The notes under the pieces were generated by a model. It did no database searches, had not been told where the DNA came from, and saw only the letters and a program-made list of their open reading frames with translations. From Reclinomonas americana ATCC 50394 (lineage: Eukaryota), in contig PS015013.1 in the NCBI GenBank assembly GCA_048213135.1, forward strand, positions 107,749 to 156,658: a stretch of 48,910 nucleotides of DNA, in the 5' to 3' direction. Below are positions 1 to 11,537 of this stretch, in pieces; positions within the stretch are counted from its first letter, which is position 1; the number at the start of each line of letters is the position of its first letter. Made by a program: the position numbers and the translations under genes.

Positions 1-1
1 G

Positions 2-3000
2 GCCACTGTCGCGGCGGCGGCAGCAGCAGCGGCAGCGGCGGCAGCCGACGCCTGCCTCGAGCTCGATCGACTGCCTGCCCGTGCTGGCCGCGGAGGCGAC
101 GCCGGTGGAGATGCCTCGTACGCATCGTCGTCGTCGATCAGTCGAGAGGAATTCACTCCCATGTCGGCGTCATCGTCTGCGAAATGTGACAAGGTAAGTA
201 CAGATGCGGTCGGATGGCCATGGGAAGAGAGAGAGAGGCGCACCGTCAACGACTTCGTGCCGCCTCTTGTGCGGCGGTTGCAACATGGAGAGCTCTGCAG
301 CAGAGCGAGAGGGNNNNNNNNNNNNNNNNNNNNNNNNNNNNNNNNNNNNNNNNNNNNNNNNNNNNNNNNNNNNNNNNNNNNNNNNNNNNNNNNNNNNNNN
401 NNNNNNNNNNNNNNNNNNNNNNNNNNNNNNNNNNNNNNNNNNNNNNNNNNNNNNNNNNNNNNNNNNNNNNNNNNNNNNNNNNNNNNNNNNNNNNNNNNNN
501 NNNNNNNNNNNNNNNNNNNNNNNNNNNNNNNNNNNNNNNNNNNNNNNNNNNNNNNNNNNNNNNNNNNNNNNNNNNNNNNNNNNNNNNNNNNNNNNNNNNN
601 NNNNNNNNNNNNNNNNNNNNNNNNNNNNNNNNNNNNNNNNNNNNNNNNNNNNNNNNNNNNNNNNNNNNNNNNNNNNNNNNNNNNNNNNNNNNNNNNNNNN
701 NNNNNNNNNNNNNNNNNNNNNNNNNNNNNNNNNNNNNNNNNNNNNNNNNNNNNNNNNNNNNNNNNNNNNNNNNNNNNNNNNNNNNNNNNNNNNNNNNNNN
801 NNNNNNNNNNNNNNNNNNNNNNNNNNNNNNNAATGCGACTGCTCCAGCGCGACCAGCCGCACGCGCCATGCTCTCCGTACAGCAGCTCCCTGTCGTGTCA
901 CCCAGTGCCGACGACTCGCTTTCTTCAGGGGGCGACTCTTCGCCAACTCCATTGGTCCCATTGCAACAACCACCACTAAAAGCGGAGCTGCCACAACAAA
1001 CTGCACCTCCCGCTCCTCCGCCACCACCACCTCCCGCTGCTCCGCCGATGGTCGCTGCTGCATCGATTACCTCGTCGTCGCCCGCGCCGGCTTTGTTTTC
1101 TGGCGCCACGCCGGTCGCCGGCGCACTGGCGACCTCATCGCCAATACTGGCAACGCCGCCAATGTCTCTTGGTGCGGGTGCTGCGTCGCCGATGCCCTCA
1201 CCGCTCGTTCCGGTGCACACGAGTGGTACTCCGTCGATGCCCTCTGTCGCCGGTCGCATGCCCTCGCCCTACATTGGCGGTACTGCTGGTCCTGCTGCTG
1301 CCGCAGCCACACTACCGCCGGTGCTTCAGCTTACCGATTCAATAACGCTGGCCGAGTTGCAGTACCGCAACGGCACACTGGAGTTGCCGGCGACCATGAC
1401 GGGACGCGAGCAGCAGCTTGGCGAGTCTGTCGAGTTCCTGGTGGAGAATCTCGGTGCGTTCACATGCATATGCGTTTCAACCCACAGTGCTGACCAAGAA
1501 ATGTCGTCGCTTGCTCGCAGGCTACCCGTGCGTCATTATGGTGACTGGCGAGCAGGGCGTGGGCAAGACTTCGTTCGCCTTCCAGCTCCTCTCCGACATT
1601 CGTACCAAGCTTGGCGTGTCCAGCCGGCCAGTCTACGTCAACATGTCGGGCCGCGATCAGCGATCCTCGCTCAAGGACGCACAGGCCATGTTCCAGATCA
1701 TTCACCAAGTCGACTACAAGCAGAGCTGCCGTATCGGTGCGGCATCTTTCGGCGGTCGGCTCGGCGAGGTTGGTGAAAGTGGTCTCCGTTCCCTTGGTTG
1801 TTGCTGACGTGTATCGCGCACGCGCAGCATCTCCTTCACCGGCAGTACCAGCTGTGGCTCTTTGCCAGCACGCCCAGCAAGCGCCGCATCATTGTGTTGG
1901 ACAATGTGCAGACTGCGGCACAGATCGCGCGCCTCTTGCCATCCAGCTCCCATCTCAGCAGCTCGTCGACCTGTCGTGGTGCGCTCGTTTTTGCTGTTCA
2001 CACTCCATGCAGTCATGTTGTTTACCGTCATCGTCCGCGCGCAGAATCGTACCCGCCGCTGTTGATTGTGATTGCGGCCAACCAGTCGCTGCAGCTGAGC
2101 TGCGAGTCCCTTCATCGGTGTCACCTGCCACCGTGGACGGTGCGTGCTGTTGTTAGACCCTGTGTTCCTCCTCATTACGAGCGCTCACCAGCATTTGTGG
2201 CTCTCGTGCAGACCGAGGAGTGCAAAGTATTCCTCACGCGCTGCTTCCGCAAGGACTCCATCGACGCCCATTTCGAGGCCGTGCTCGACGACATTGCTGT
2301 GCGCATCAACGGATCGCCTCTGTACGCGCAGTTACTTGTCGGCTACCTGAAAGAGCACATGCGAGAGAATCCGCACGGTGACGGGATTCTGGGGGCGTGG
2401 CAGGCCTTCACCGACGGCGGTGCAGAGTTGGTGCGTCATCACAATGAGTGCTTTCCATGTGCCCTCTTCGTTCTTCCTCCTCACCACATGTGTACATGTA
2501 TATTGCATGCAGTCGGCAGACACGTGGCTTGGTCGCACGATACAACCGCTGTCGGAGGCAGCGCACAAGTTGATCTCGTGTCTGGCCACCTTCGGCGGCA
2601 TTCATCCCGTGTCCACTGCCGTGCTGCAGCTGCTCATGAAGGGCGTTTTGCTGCCACGTGATGGTACGTGGACCTGCGATGTGCGCTGGTGAAGGAAAAA
2701 AGCTCACCGTGCTCGTAGTTGAGGCGGCACTCGCCGAACTGCTGGCTCGCAACATGGTGCACTGCTGGCACGACTTGCGTCCGAACTTTGCCCTCGTGCT
2801 CGACGGCGAGCCGGAACACGTACTGCGGCGGTTCTCGCGCCTAGTGGCCGGCGCTTCGCGGCAAAAGAGTTGCGCGACGTGCACCTGCGCTGTAGATTGC
2901 CCTGCGAGCTGACTTGTGTTTCCTCTGTATGTGTTTTTGCATCTGTAGCCGACACGGTCGTCGACGCGACCATGGAGGAGAACGCGCTGGCGCTCTGCAG

Positions 3001-5907
3001 TCTCTCTAACATGGCAACATCGCGCTCCGAGGCCTTCCGTCGTCGCCAGCGGTTGCACTCGCTGGAGGAGGTCTGTCTAGCGCATGCAAGTGTACATGGC
3101 AGGCGAAAGCACGGATTCATTGATCTCTGTCAACTGCAGTTGTCTGGACCGCAGCTCAACGCGCCTGGCATCTCCAAGGAGACGCAGGCCATTCTCGGCG
3201 ACGCCTATCCGTTTGTGCAGGGTGGACACTTTTTGTTGTGGGCACTGCCGCAGCCGGTCAACGCGTATATTGTGCGCCGCGGCAACGCCGACAAGGTGTA
3301 CTACGAGAAGCGCTTTGTCGAGGTCAGTTTGTGCCGATGTGGAGAGACAGACAGCGGTGTGTTTGCTGTTTTTTTTTTCGCTCACCACGGGGAATGTGCA
3401 GATTTTCGGGCAGCTGCTGGCCGGCTACGAGTACATGTACTACGACACGGACCATGCCAACTGGGCCGCACTGGCCTTTGAGCCGTTCCGCATGTCATTC
3501 CAATTCCTGCAGTGCCTGCTGCAGGATCTGTGGGAGGAGCACTACGACACCCTCGTGCCCATCATGTCGGAGGGCTCGCTCTTCCTCATCGACCGCGTCG
3601 GCCGCAAGAAGTTCTGCAAGTGCCTCTTCAACATGTTCTCGCGGTATTTGGACGCGCATCACGACACCCTCTCCCTGTGGGATCGTGCTCGCCTGCACCA
3701 GCGCTGCGTGTACATGGCACGTCGCATCCGGCAGTACGACGAGTCGGCGCAGCGGCACGCATCGCAAATGTTCGAACTGGTATCGTCATCGCCGCTCGCC
3801 GGCAAGCGACGGTACTATGAGTTCATTCACACCTACGGCAAGTACCTCATCGACCAAGGCCAGTGGGCTGCGGCCGAGGAGGCGCTGCTTGGTGAGCTGC
3901 TCACATCGAAGATAATCGTGTTTCCTTCCGTGCGACTCACGTGTGCCTTGCAATTTTGCAGCCGCACTCGAGGTGTTTGGCACCGATTTTTCGTCGCCAC
4001 CGTACGTGATTGCGCGCATGGTGAACACTCTGTGCGTGTGCCAACACACTCTGGTTTGTGATACTTTGCGGGCGAAGAATTGTTGGCAGTCGTCTCATTC
4101 TCGATCCGCAGGGCAAGTTTGCCGATGCTCTGGCCACTGGCGACTTGCTGCTGCGCATCTGGGATCACCTGAGCAACAAGGAGCACCCGGAGTACGCTCG
4201 CGCACTCAACACGGCCGCCAACATCAAGAGTGTGCAGGGCAACCGACTGGAGGCCATCCGGCTCATCGAACGATCGCTGAACGTGTGGAACACCGTGTAC
4301 GTGTGCAAGTGGATCGAGTACGCCATTGCCGAGAGCAATTTGGCGTCGGTGTTTGTCAGCGAGGGATCCTACTCCAAGGCCGAGTTTCTGTACACGTGCG
4401 TTGCCTCGTGATGTCTGTGCCTAGTCAATGTGCATTCTCCCTGACACGTTGCTGTGCGTAGACGGTCACTCGGCAAACTGGAGAGCATCTACCTCGATCC
4501 ATCGCAACCGAGCGTCGAGAACCGTGAGCTACACGCTGCTCCGCTGCTCAAGATCGACATGACTGCCATGAACCCGGAGCTGGCACGCTGCCTCGGCAAC
4601 CTGGCCCTGGTCAACGACTTTCTCGGGCACATTGAGGAGACGCAGGGGTGCGTACGCGTGTCTCCAATGACTTGCACTGCCCGCAAGCTCACCATGTCGC
4701 GTCTCTCGCAGTCTAATGTCGCAGGCCGTGGACTACTTCCAGTCGGCTCGGCACGATCCATTGGTGGGACCGCAAATCATCCTGGACCTGGCGGTGGCCC
4801 TCGACAACTCGGGTGTCGTCCTGCAGGGGCTGGGGCACTTTGAGCGCGCCATCGAGCGGCACCGGGTTTGTTGTTGTATATATCACGTTGCATTTTTCGT
4901 TCATTTTACTCAAATGAGCATGTGTCACAGGAGGCTGCCGAGGTGCGCTCCTCTCTCTACGAGGCCTCAAACATTGAGCTGTGGCCTTCGCGGACCAATC
5001 TGGCCATTGCGTATGAGAACTGTGGACGGAATGCGGAAGGTTGGGTCCCCTTGGTGTGTGCATGTGCGTGTGCGTTTGCTCATGCGATTGCTGGGTGCAG
5101 CAATGGAGATCCACCGCGAGATGCTCGAGCTGGCACGCTCGTCACCTGGCACCTTCTCGAGTCACATTGCGTCCAGTCTCACCAACTTGGCCATCTCGGT
5201 GGCGCTCGCTGGCGAACTCACCGAGGCCGAGGGCTTGCTGGTAGGTTTCCTCTTTCTGATTTGCTTCACTTGTGCGTGGCTGACTTTCTCTCCACGCCGC
5301 GATGCAGCGCGAAGCCGGTGACTTGTGGCCAACGCTGCACCCGGAGCTCGGCATTGTGTGGAACAACCTCGGGCTGGTGTTGATGTATCAGGGCCGTCTG
5401 GAGGAGGCCGCGAACTACCTCAACAAATCCCTGCAGCTGCTGGAGATGCACCGCCGCGGCGACAACCCTGTGTGCCTGCTGGTGCGCAACAACATTGGTG
5501 TGCTGACCGAGTCCAGTCCGGTTCCACAAGACGCACTGTACGTGTACGCCCACGCGGCACGCATGCGCCCCGTGCACCCCTGCTACCCGTTCGTGACCTT
5601 CAACACGGCACGCGTGCTGTCGCTCTCCAACCGAGAGCAGGCCGCTGCGCTGTTCCGCAAGGTGTGTGTGATTGTGATTGTGAATGTGCGGGAGTGTGAG
5701 GCGCGTCTCACGCAATGGAGCACGCAGTGTCACGAGCAGGTGACGGTGGTGGATCCGTGGGCCGGGCAAAGCGCCGAGTTGCAGGAGTTGCGCCAGCAGC
5801 ACGACTGGCTGGCCATGGCGGACCGAGTAAGCGAGCTGTCGCCGCAAGCCGTGTTCTTGCACGCGTACGCTCGATGTGTGCACCGCAATGCGTGGAACAC
5901 TTACTGA
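2..5907 (+). CDS. NB-ARC/STAND P-loop ATPase with C-terminal TPR array (NLR-like); Ala/Pro/Ser-rich N-terminus; 5' end incomplete (gap 314-831, start likely upstream of window)
   Basis: Walker A GEQGVGKT (~1547-1570), Walker B IIVLDNV (~1888-1908), GxP motif RINGSPLYAQLL (~2311). Kinesin-light-chain-type TPRs follow (HPEYARALNTAA, IASSLTNLA, HPELGIVWNNLGLVLMYQGRLEEA). About 15 GT-AG introns restore one frame to TGA at 5907. Linking the exon at 2-193 across the gap is inferred. Confidence 0.8.
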
Positions 5908-6007
5908 TCCCTCCCCTCCTCTCTCTGTTTAATCTGAAATGAACTTCGCGAAGAAAACTCTGTTTACTGCTCCGCTGACCACCGCACCAACTTACTGTCG
6001 ACTCAAA

Positions 6008-7157
6008 TCACAACCCAAACAATTCCTCGTCCAGACCCTTCACCGTCGCCTGTGCCGACCGTGACGCCGGCTTATCATCCTCACGCTTGGTGGCCTTGCC
6101 CGCCGGCTTCTTCTTCTTCTTCTTGTCCTCGTCGAGATCCATCGTGCCGGCCTCGACACCCATGGCCGCCTCGAACTTATTGGCTGTCTTCATCTCCTTC
6201 TTTGCGGGATTGGCAAACATGGCATCCAGCGCATCTCGCTGCTGCCGCGTCTGGTACGTCGAAATGTCGTCAGCAACATCATCAGCAGCCACCACCACCG
6301 CGCCATCACCGTCGACAGCCGTGACCGCACTCGCACTCAGTCTCAGCGTCGACAGTTGCTCGCTCGGTGGTGCCACAGCCACCGCCGCCGCTGTTGCTGT
6401 TGTTGTCGTCGTCGTGGTTGTCGTCGTCGATGATGAGGTCGCAGTGGCGCCACCGCCAGCCCGCGAGCCACCAAACAGCGAGTCATGTGTGTCGGCAAAG
6501 AAGTCTGACGCATTACGCTGCGCCGACTGCGGCTGTGGTGGAGGCGGTGGCTGCGGTGCAGCGGTGGCACTTGTCGCCGACGACGCCTCTCCCGACGCCG
6601 CCAACAGCGCCTCCGCCTCTCTCCGCTCCTGCGCACTAATGACCACACCATCCAACTCCAGCAGCGTCGGCATCCGCGCAATCACAAACGCCCGGTAGTT
6701 GCGCTCGGTCTTAGCGAACGGACAACCCTCCAGCCACAAGGACTCCACCGCCGGAAACGTAAACAACCCTGCACAACCACATGAGTCATGGATGACACAA
6801 GCAAGGAGAAAGCAAGAGCATGAAACCTTGCAGTTGCCGCGCAAAGCGAAACGTGTTGCCACTGAGATCCAGGCGACGCACACGCAAGCACTTGCTGAAA
6901 TCACCCAAATCTGATCATCACGCACAGTCATCACTCTTTATACACACACACATGCACCACTCTCTTTTGCTCACGTCACTCACCATCAATGCTGCCTTTG
7001 GTGATCGACAGCTCCTCCACCTCTGCCACATTCACCATCTGTCACACAAAGAGAGCGTGAGTGTGTGACGCAAACACTCATAGACAAGAGCACACACACA
7101 CAAGCAACAAACCCGATTCAGCTTCGCCGGCAGCTTCTCCACAGTCAACTTGGGCAT
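6008..7157 (-). CDS. Small leucine-rich-repeat protein with LRRcap (U2A'/SDS22/C21orf2-like) and low-complexity tail
   Basis: Spliced sequence MPKLTVEKLPAKLNR|MVNVAEVEELSITKGSID..LRVRRLDLSGN..VESLWLEGCPF..NYRAFVIARMPTLLELDG (LRRcap pattern YRxxVIxxxPxLxxLDG); 3 introns. Confidence 0.75.
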
Positions 7158-7233
7158 TCTCTGCTCAACAACAACGATTGCACAAGTCGTCGTCCTGCAC
7201 AATTGCAATCTCTCTAATCTCGGAGTAGAAAGG
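7158..7233. promoter_or_regulatory. Putative compact bidirectional promoter (LRR gene / ERMP1)
   Basis: Only 76 nt lie between the divergent ATGs at 7157 (-) and 7234 (+). Confidence 0.55.
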
Positions 7234-10200
7234 ATGCGCTCGGCACCACGTGTGCATTCCAAAGTTTCGCCCACTCTTCTCCTTCCCAACTCTCTCACAT
7301 ACACTCACACACACGCGCGTTCACAGGATGCAGAGGCGGAATCTGCATCGCCCTCGACGCTCTCCTTTGTGCTCTTTCTCGTGTGCATTGTGTGCGTGTG
7401 TGTGGCCGTGTGGAGCTTCGAGCATCCACTGTGGTCACTGCCGACTCCGGTCTCTGGCAAGGAGTGCCCGGCGGAGAGCGCCACGTGTTTCTCAGAGGAG
7501 CGCGCTCGTCGACACACGCAGTATCTCACGGAGACCATTGGCATTCGTTGCGCATCTGTCTCTTGCGCGCCTCTCTCTTTTCTTTGTTTTTTTGTTGTTC
7601 ATTCTTTTGTTTCCCCTGTGGCACTGCGTAGGACTGACGGGCACTGATGAGAATGAGATTGTTAGTGCGGGGTACCTGCTAAACGAATTCGAGGCGTTGC
7701 AGGTCGGTCCGGCTGTCGGTGTTTCTCCGCATTGAACCTCTGTCTCTTATCGCTCGTGTGTGTTGGCGGTGCAGGAGACTGCCAGTGAGAAGCTGACGGT
7801 GGAGGTGGAGCAGCAGTTCACCTCGGGCAATTTCTCCATGAGTTGCGCACGTTTGCATGCAGCTGTATGTTATAACAACAACGCATTCACTGGGTGTCCG
7901 CCAGACTTTTTGCAGCACGACTTGGCGCTGGTGTACTCGAATGTCACCAACATTCTCATGCGTGTGCGGGCGCGTAGTGATTCGGAGCCGGAGCATTGTG
8001 TCGTGGTCGGCACGCACTTTGATTCGACGATTTCCAGTCCCGGTTTGCTCACGATCCTCCTTGGTGGTGCTCGTGACCGCCCCCGCCACATGCGCGCTTA
8101 CTGGCATGTGTTTTTGCAGGTGGTTCCGATTGTGGCACGCCAGTGGGTATCGCGGTGGAAATGGCACGCGCGCTGACTCGTCCGGGTGCGGAGAAGTACT
8201 TTTCGCCGGGTGGCGAGATCTGCGTCGTGTTTGTGCTGAATGGCAGCGAGGAATTCGGACTGCTGGCCGCACACGGTTTCCTGAGCCATCCGTGGGCCGA
8301 GCGGTGAGTGGCATTTCCTCTCAGCTGCTTGGTTATCTTGCTCTCACAATCCTACAGCTCCTCGTTCATCGTCAACATGGAGGCCGTCGGTGCCGGCAGC
8401 AAGGAGGGTACGTCTGTCGTCCGTCGCTTTGGCGCACTGGTGTGCCTCGCTTAAACTTGCTGCTGCACGCGCACAGTCTTCTTCCAGACCGCCCCCGGCA
8501 ACCGCCACTTTGTGGAGACGTACTCCGAGTACGTGAAGCGTCCGCATGGCACAGTGCTGGTCCGTCGTTGTTGTTGTTGCCGTCGCGCGCAGTTTTGTGC
8601 GTCTGCTGAGTCGTTTTGCGTGCGTTCGATAGGGCGAGGATTTGTTCCAGCGGCTGCAAGTCATTCCCAGGTGCGTGTTGCAATGGGCGACGGCGTTGCA
8701 TGCATGTGTCATTGTTCTTAACTGCATCGTGTAGCGACACCGATTTCCGCATCTACCGCGATTTCGGCGGCATGCGTGGCTACGATTTCGCCGTGTACCG
8801 CAACAGGTGCGTGATGCTTTCATGTGACGGCGACTTGCACTTCCATTCACCACCACACGCGCACAGCCAAGTGTACCACACCGAAAAGGATAACATGGAG
8901 ATGATCACGCCCGGCACCATTCAGCATTACGGCGAGAACGTGTTTGCCGTGACCCGCGGCATCTTGGCCAACTACAAGAAGCTGGTGCGGAGCCGCTGTC
9001 TGTTGTTCTCTTGTCTTTCCAGACGTTGTTGCTTACATTGTCGCAGACGGAGACGGACGTGGAGGATGTCGCATACTTTGATGTTCTGAGCACGTACATG
9101 ATGTGGGTGCCGTCATGTTGCGTGGCTGCTTGTTTACCAGCAGAGGCTCTCTCTTTCTGTCGCTGACATACCAGTTTATATGACGATTAGCCGTTCTCCG
9201 CCTGATCCAAGTCTCCACATTCGTCATTACACTGCTGTTGCTGGTGATCTTCTCGCGCAACAAGCGTGGTGGCAACACCATTTTCCAGGACGCGTTGGTC
9301 GACACGGTGAGTGCGTTGTTGCAGTGTACACTCATGGTGACGATCACTGAATGTGCGTGCGTGTGTGTTTGCAGGGAGTGTTGATCCTCGCCGTGCTGTT
9401 CGCCGTCATTTTCAACGTTTGCGTGGCGCTCTTCGTGACACGTGTCATTGGAAGCCGCCTCTCGTTCTACTCGAACGGATTGCTCGGTGGTCTGCTGTAT
9501 GGCAGTGGTGCACTGTTTGGCTTCTTCCTGGCCATTCGTTTCAAGGTTTGGCAGTCGGGGGTGTTGTGAAAGAAAAGAGTGTGAGCGACTGACGGCGACT
9601 CACGCAGACGGTGGTTGCGGTTCTGGCTGGACTCATTGTCGCCATGTTGCAATACGTGCTGGTGCTGCGCGTCGCGTGGCGCATTGGCTCGCCGGAGGAA
9701 GTCGATGACATTACGTGGGTGTCGAACCTGGTGCCGTCGCCGACAATGTTGTACGGCGCGGCAGTGGTGATGGCCTCTGTGTCGCTGATTGTCGTGCCGT
9801 GGATGGGCGTGCGCCAGTTGCGTGGAATGTGATGATAATGGCATGTGGGAGTAACGTACCAACATTCGCGTTCAGCTTCGCGCACCGTCGTCGGACAGCC
9901 AAGGAGGCACCATCGCCGTTGACTCAGCGTCTGGCATTCGGATTCAGCGTCCAGTTCCTGACACTGCTTATCATGGCGGCACTGGCCGCTGGTCCGTCAC
10001 GATTTGTGTGTGCATGTGGTGATCGACTTCTGTCTCACAGTTTTCGCACAGGCGGTCTCGGTTTCACGTACCTGTTCACCATTGTGAGCATTGCCGGTGT
10101 GCTGTCCCTCGTGCTGGAGCTGCTGGGCAACGGTATCGTGCCCATGACTGTGCGTCTGTTGGTGTGCTGCGCGCCGATCTTGGTGCACGCGATGCACCTG

Positions 10201-11402
10201 TTCTCCAACACCACTGGACTGCTGTTCGGACTGTGTGGTCGCCTCGGCAAGATTGTGAGTGTGCCTGCTGATTCGTCTCACTGTATGTGCATTCTCATCC
10301 CATGTCATGACAGGACGGCGACATTGCGGTGGCGGTGCTGGTCGGCGTGTTCTCCGTGCTGACCCTGCTCATCGTGTTGCACTTTATCAACAGCACCGGC
10401 AAGGTCAGTCAGTATGCTCCGTCGTCGTGGAAATCGTGCTCTTCTCACATATTTGCACGCATCAGACCGACACTCTGCTCGTGTTGCTCGCCGTGGTGCT
10501 GGTGGCGTCGATTGCAGTCGCCTCCCACACCGCTCCATACACCGCCAACACACCAAAGCGTCTCTTTGCGCAGCGCAATTTCCAGTTGCGTGGGCGTCGA
10601 TGGTTTGTTGTCGTCGCACGAGCTGAAAAATTGATGTGCATGTGAGCAGTCAAGACCTGCGTGCTGCCGAGCCGCAGTGGAAGTCCAAGTACATTGTCAG
10701 CTGGCTCGACTCGGTCGCACTGGCCGAGGAGCACGCATCCAGGCTGGCCGGTGGAGCGCCACTGGTGCTTCACCACGGTTACCCGACAACGGCTTCGGAG
10801 TATTTGGTGTGTGTGTGTGTGTGTGTTGCTGGAGCGGCCGCGGTCCTCGTCACGGTGCTCACTGCTTGCCGTCGTGCAGTCTCTCTATCCGGTTCACATT
10901 CTGCTGTCGGGACTGTACGAGTGGGGCCACAGCACCAAGGAGACACCGGAAGTGGTGCCGACCATCACCGTGCTGAAGGACACGATCGATGTCATGGTCT
11001 GTTCGCGTCGCACCTTGCTTCTACCTGCCTGCGCAAGGCTGTGACACGTACTCTCCCACACAGGGCAAACGACGCATTGAGCTCGAGTTCGACCGCGTTG
11101 CCAAGGAGTCGCAGTGCGTGCTCCGCATCAGTGGCCACCTGGTGAGCTGGGACGTGGTGGAGGGCCTCGTCACCGAGCAGCTGATGGATGCCGCCGAAGA
11201 CGGCAAGCCGTTCACGGCCTACATCCGCCAAGTCGGCCCGGAGACACGCTGGCGCCTGCGCATAACCGCAGAGCCCGACACTGGCGTGCTGCTGAACCTG
11301 GCCGCCAGCTACTGGAAGACCGTCCTAGAGCATGCCCACACGCTACCGGAGTGGACCACCAAGTTGCAGATCGAGGAGGTCATCGTCACAAAGGCGCTGT
11401 GA
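7234..11402 (+). CDS. ERMP1: ER membrane metallopeptidase, M28 family (ERMP1/FXNA-like)
   Basis: FSEERAR..IGIRLTG, VVVGTHFDS, GGSDCG, LNGSEEFGLLAAHGF, VNMEAVG, SDTDFRIY and YHTEKD motifs, followed by multiple hydrophobic TM segments; about 19 introns; TGA at 11402. Confidence 0.9.
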
Positions 11403-11537
11403 GACGACAAGTCGACTTGAGTGAAGTCGACATCGACATCGACAATCCGAACAATACAAACTTTTTTTGTTTGTTTTTCTCTTTGATCGTTGTCGCGAGA
11501 GGAGAAGGAGAGTGTGTGTGAGAGAAAGAGAGCAAGT

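Noticed and set aside
9181-9183. Apparent in-frame TGA in ERMP1 suggesting stop-codon reassignment
   Set aside because: It lies inside intron 9117-9190 (GTTGCG...TAG). All other apparent internal stops I checked are also intronic, and TGA, TAA and TAG each terminate genes here.
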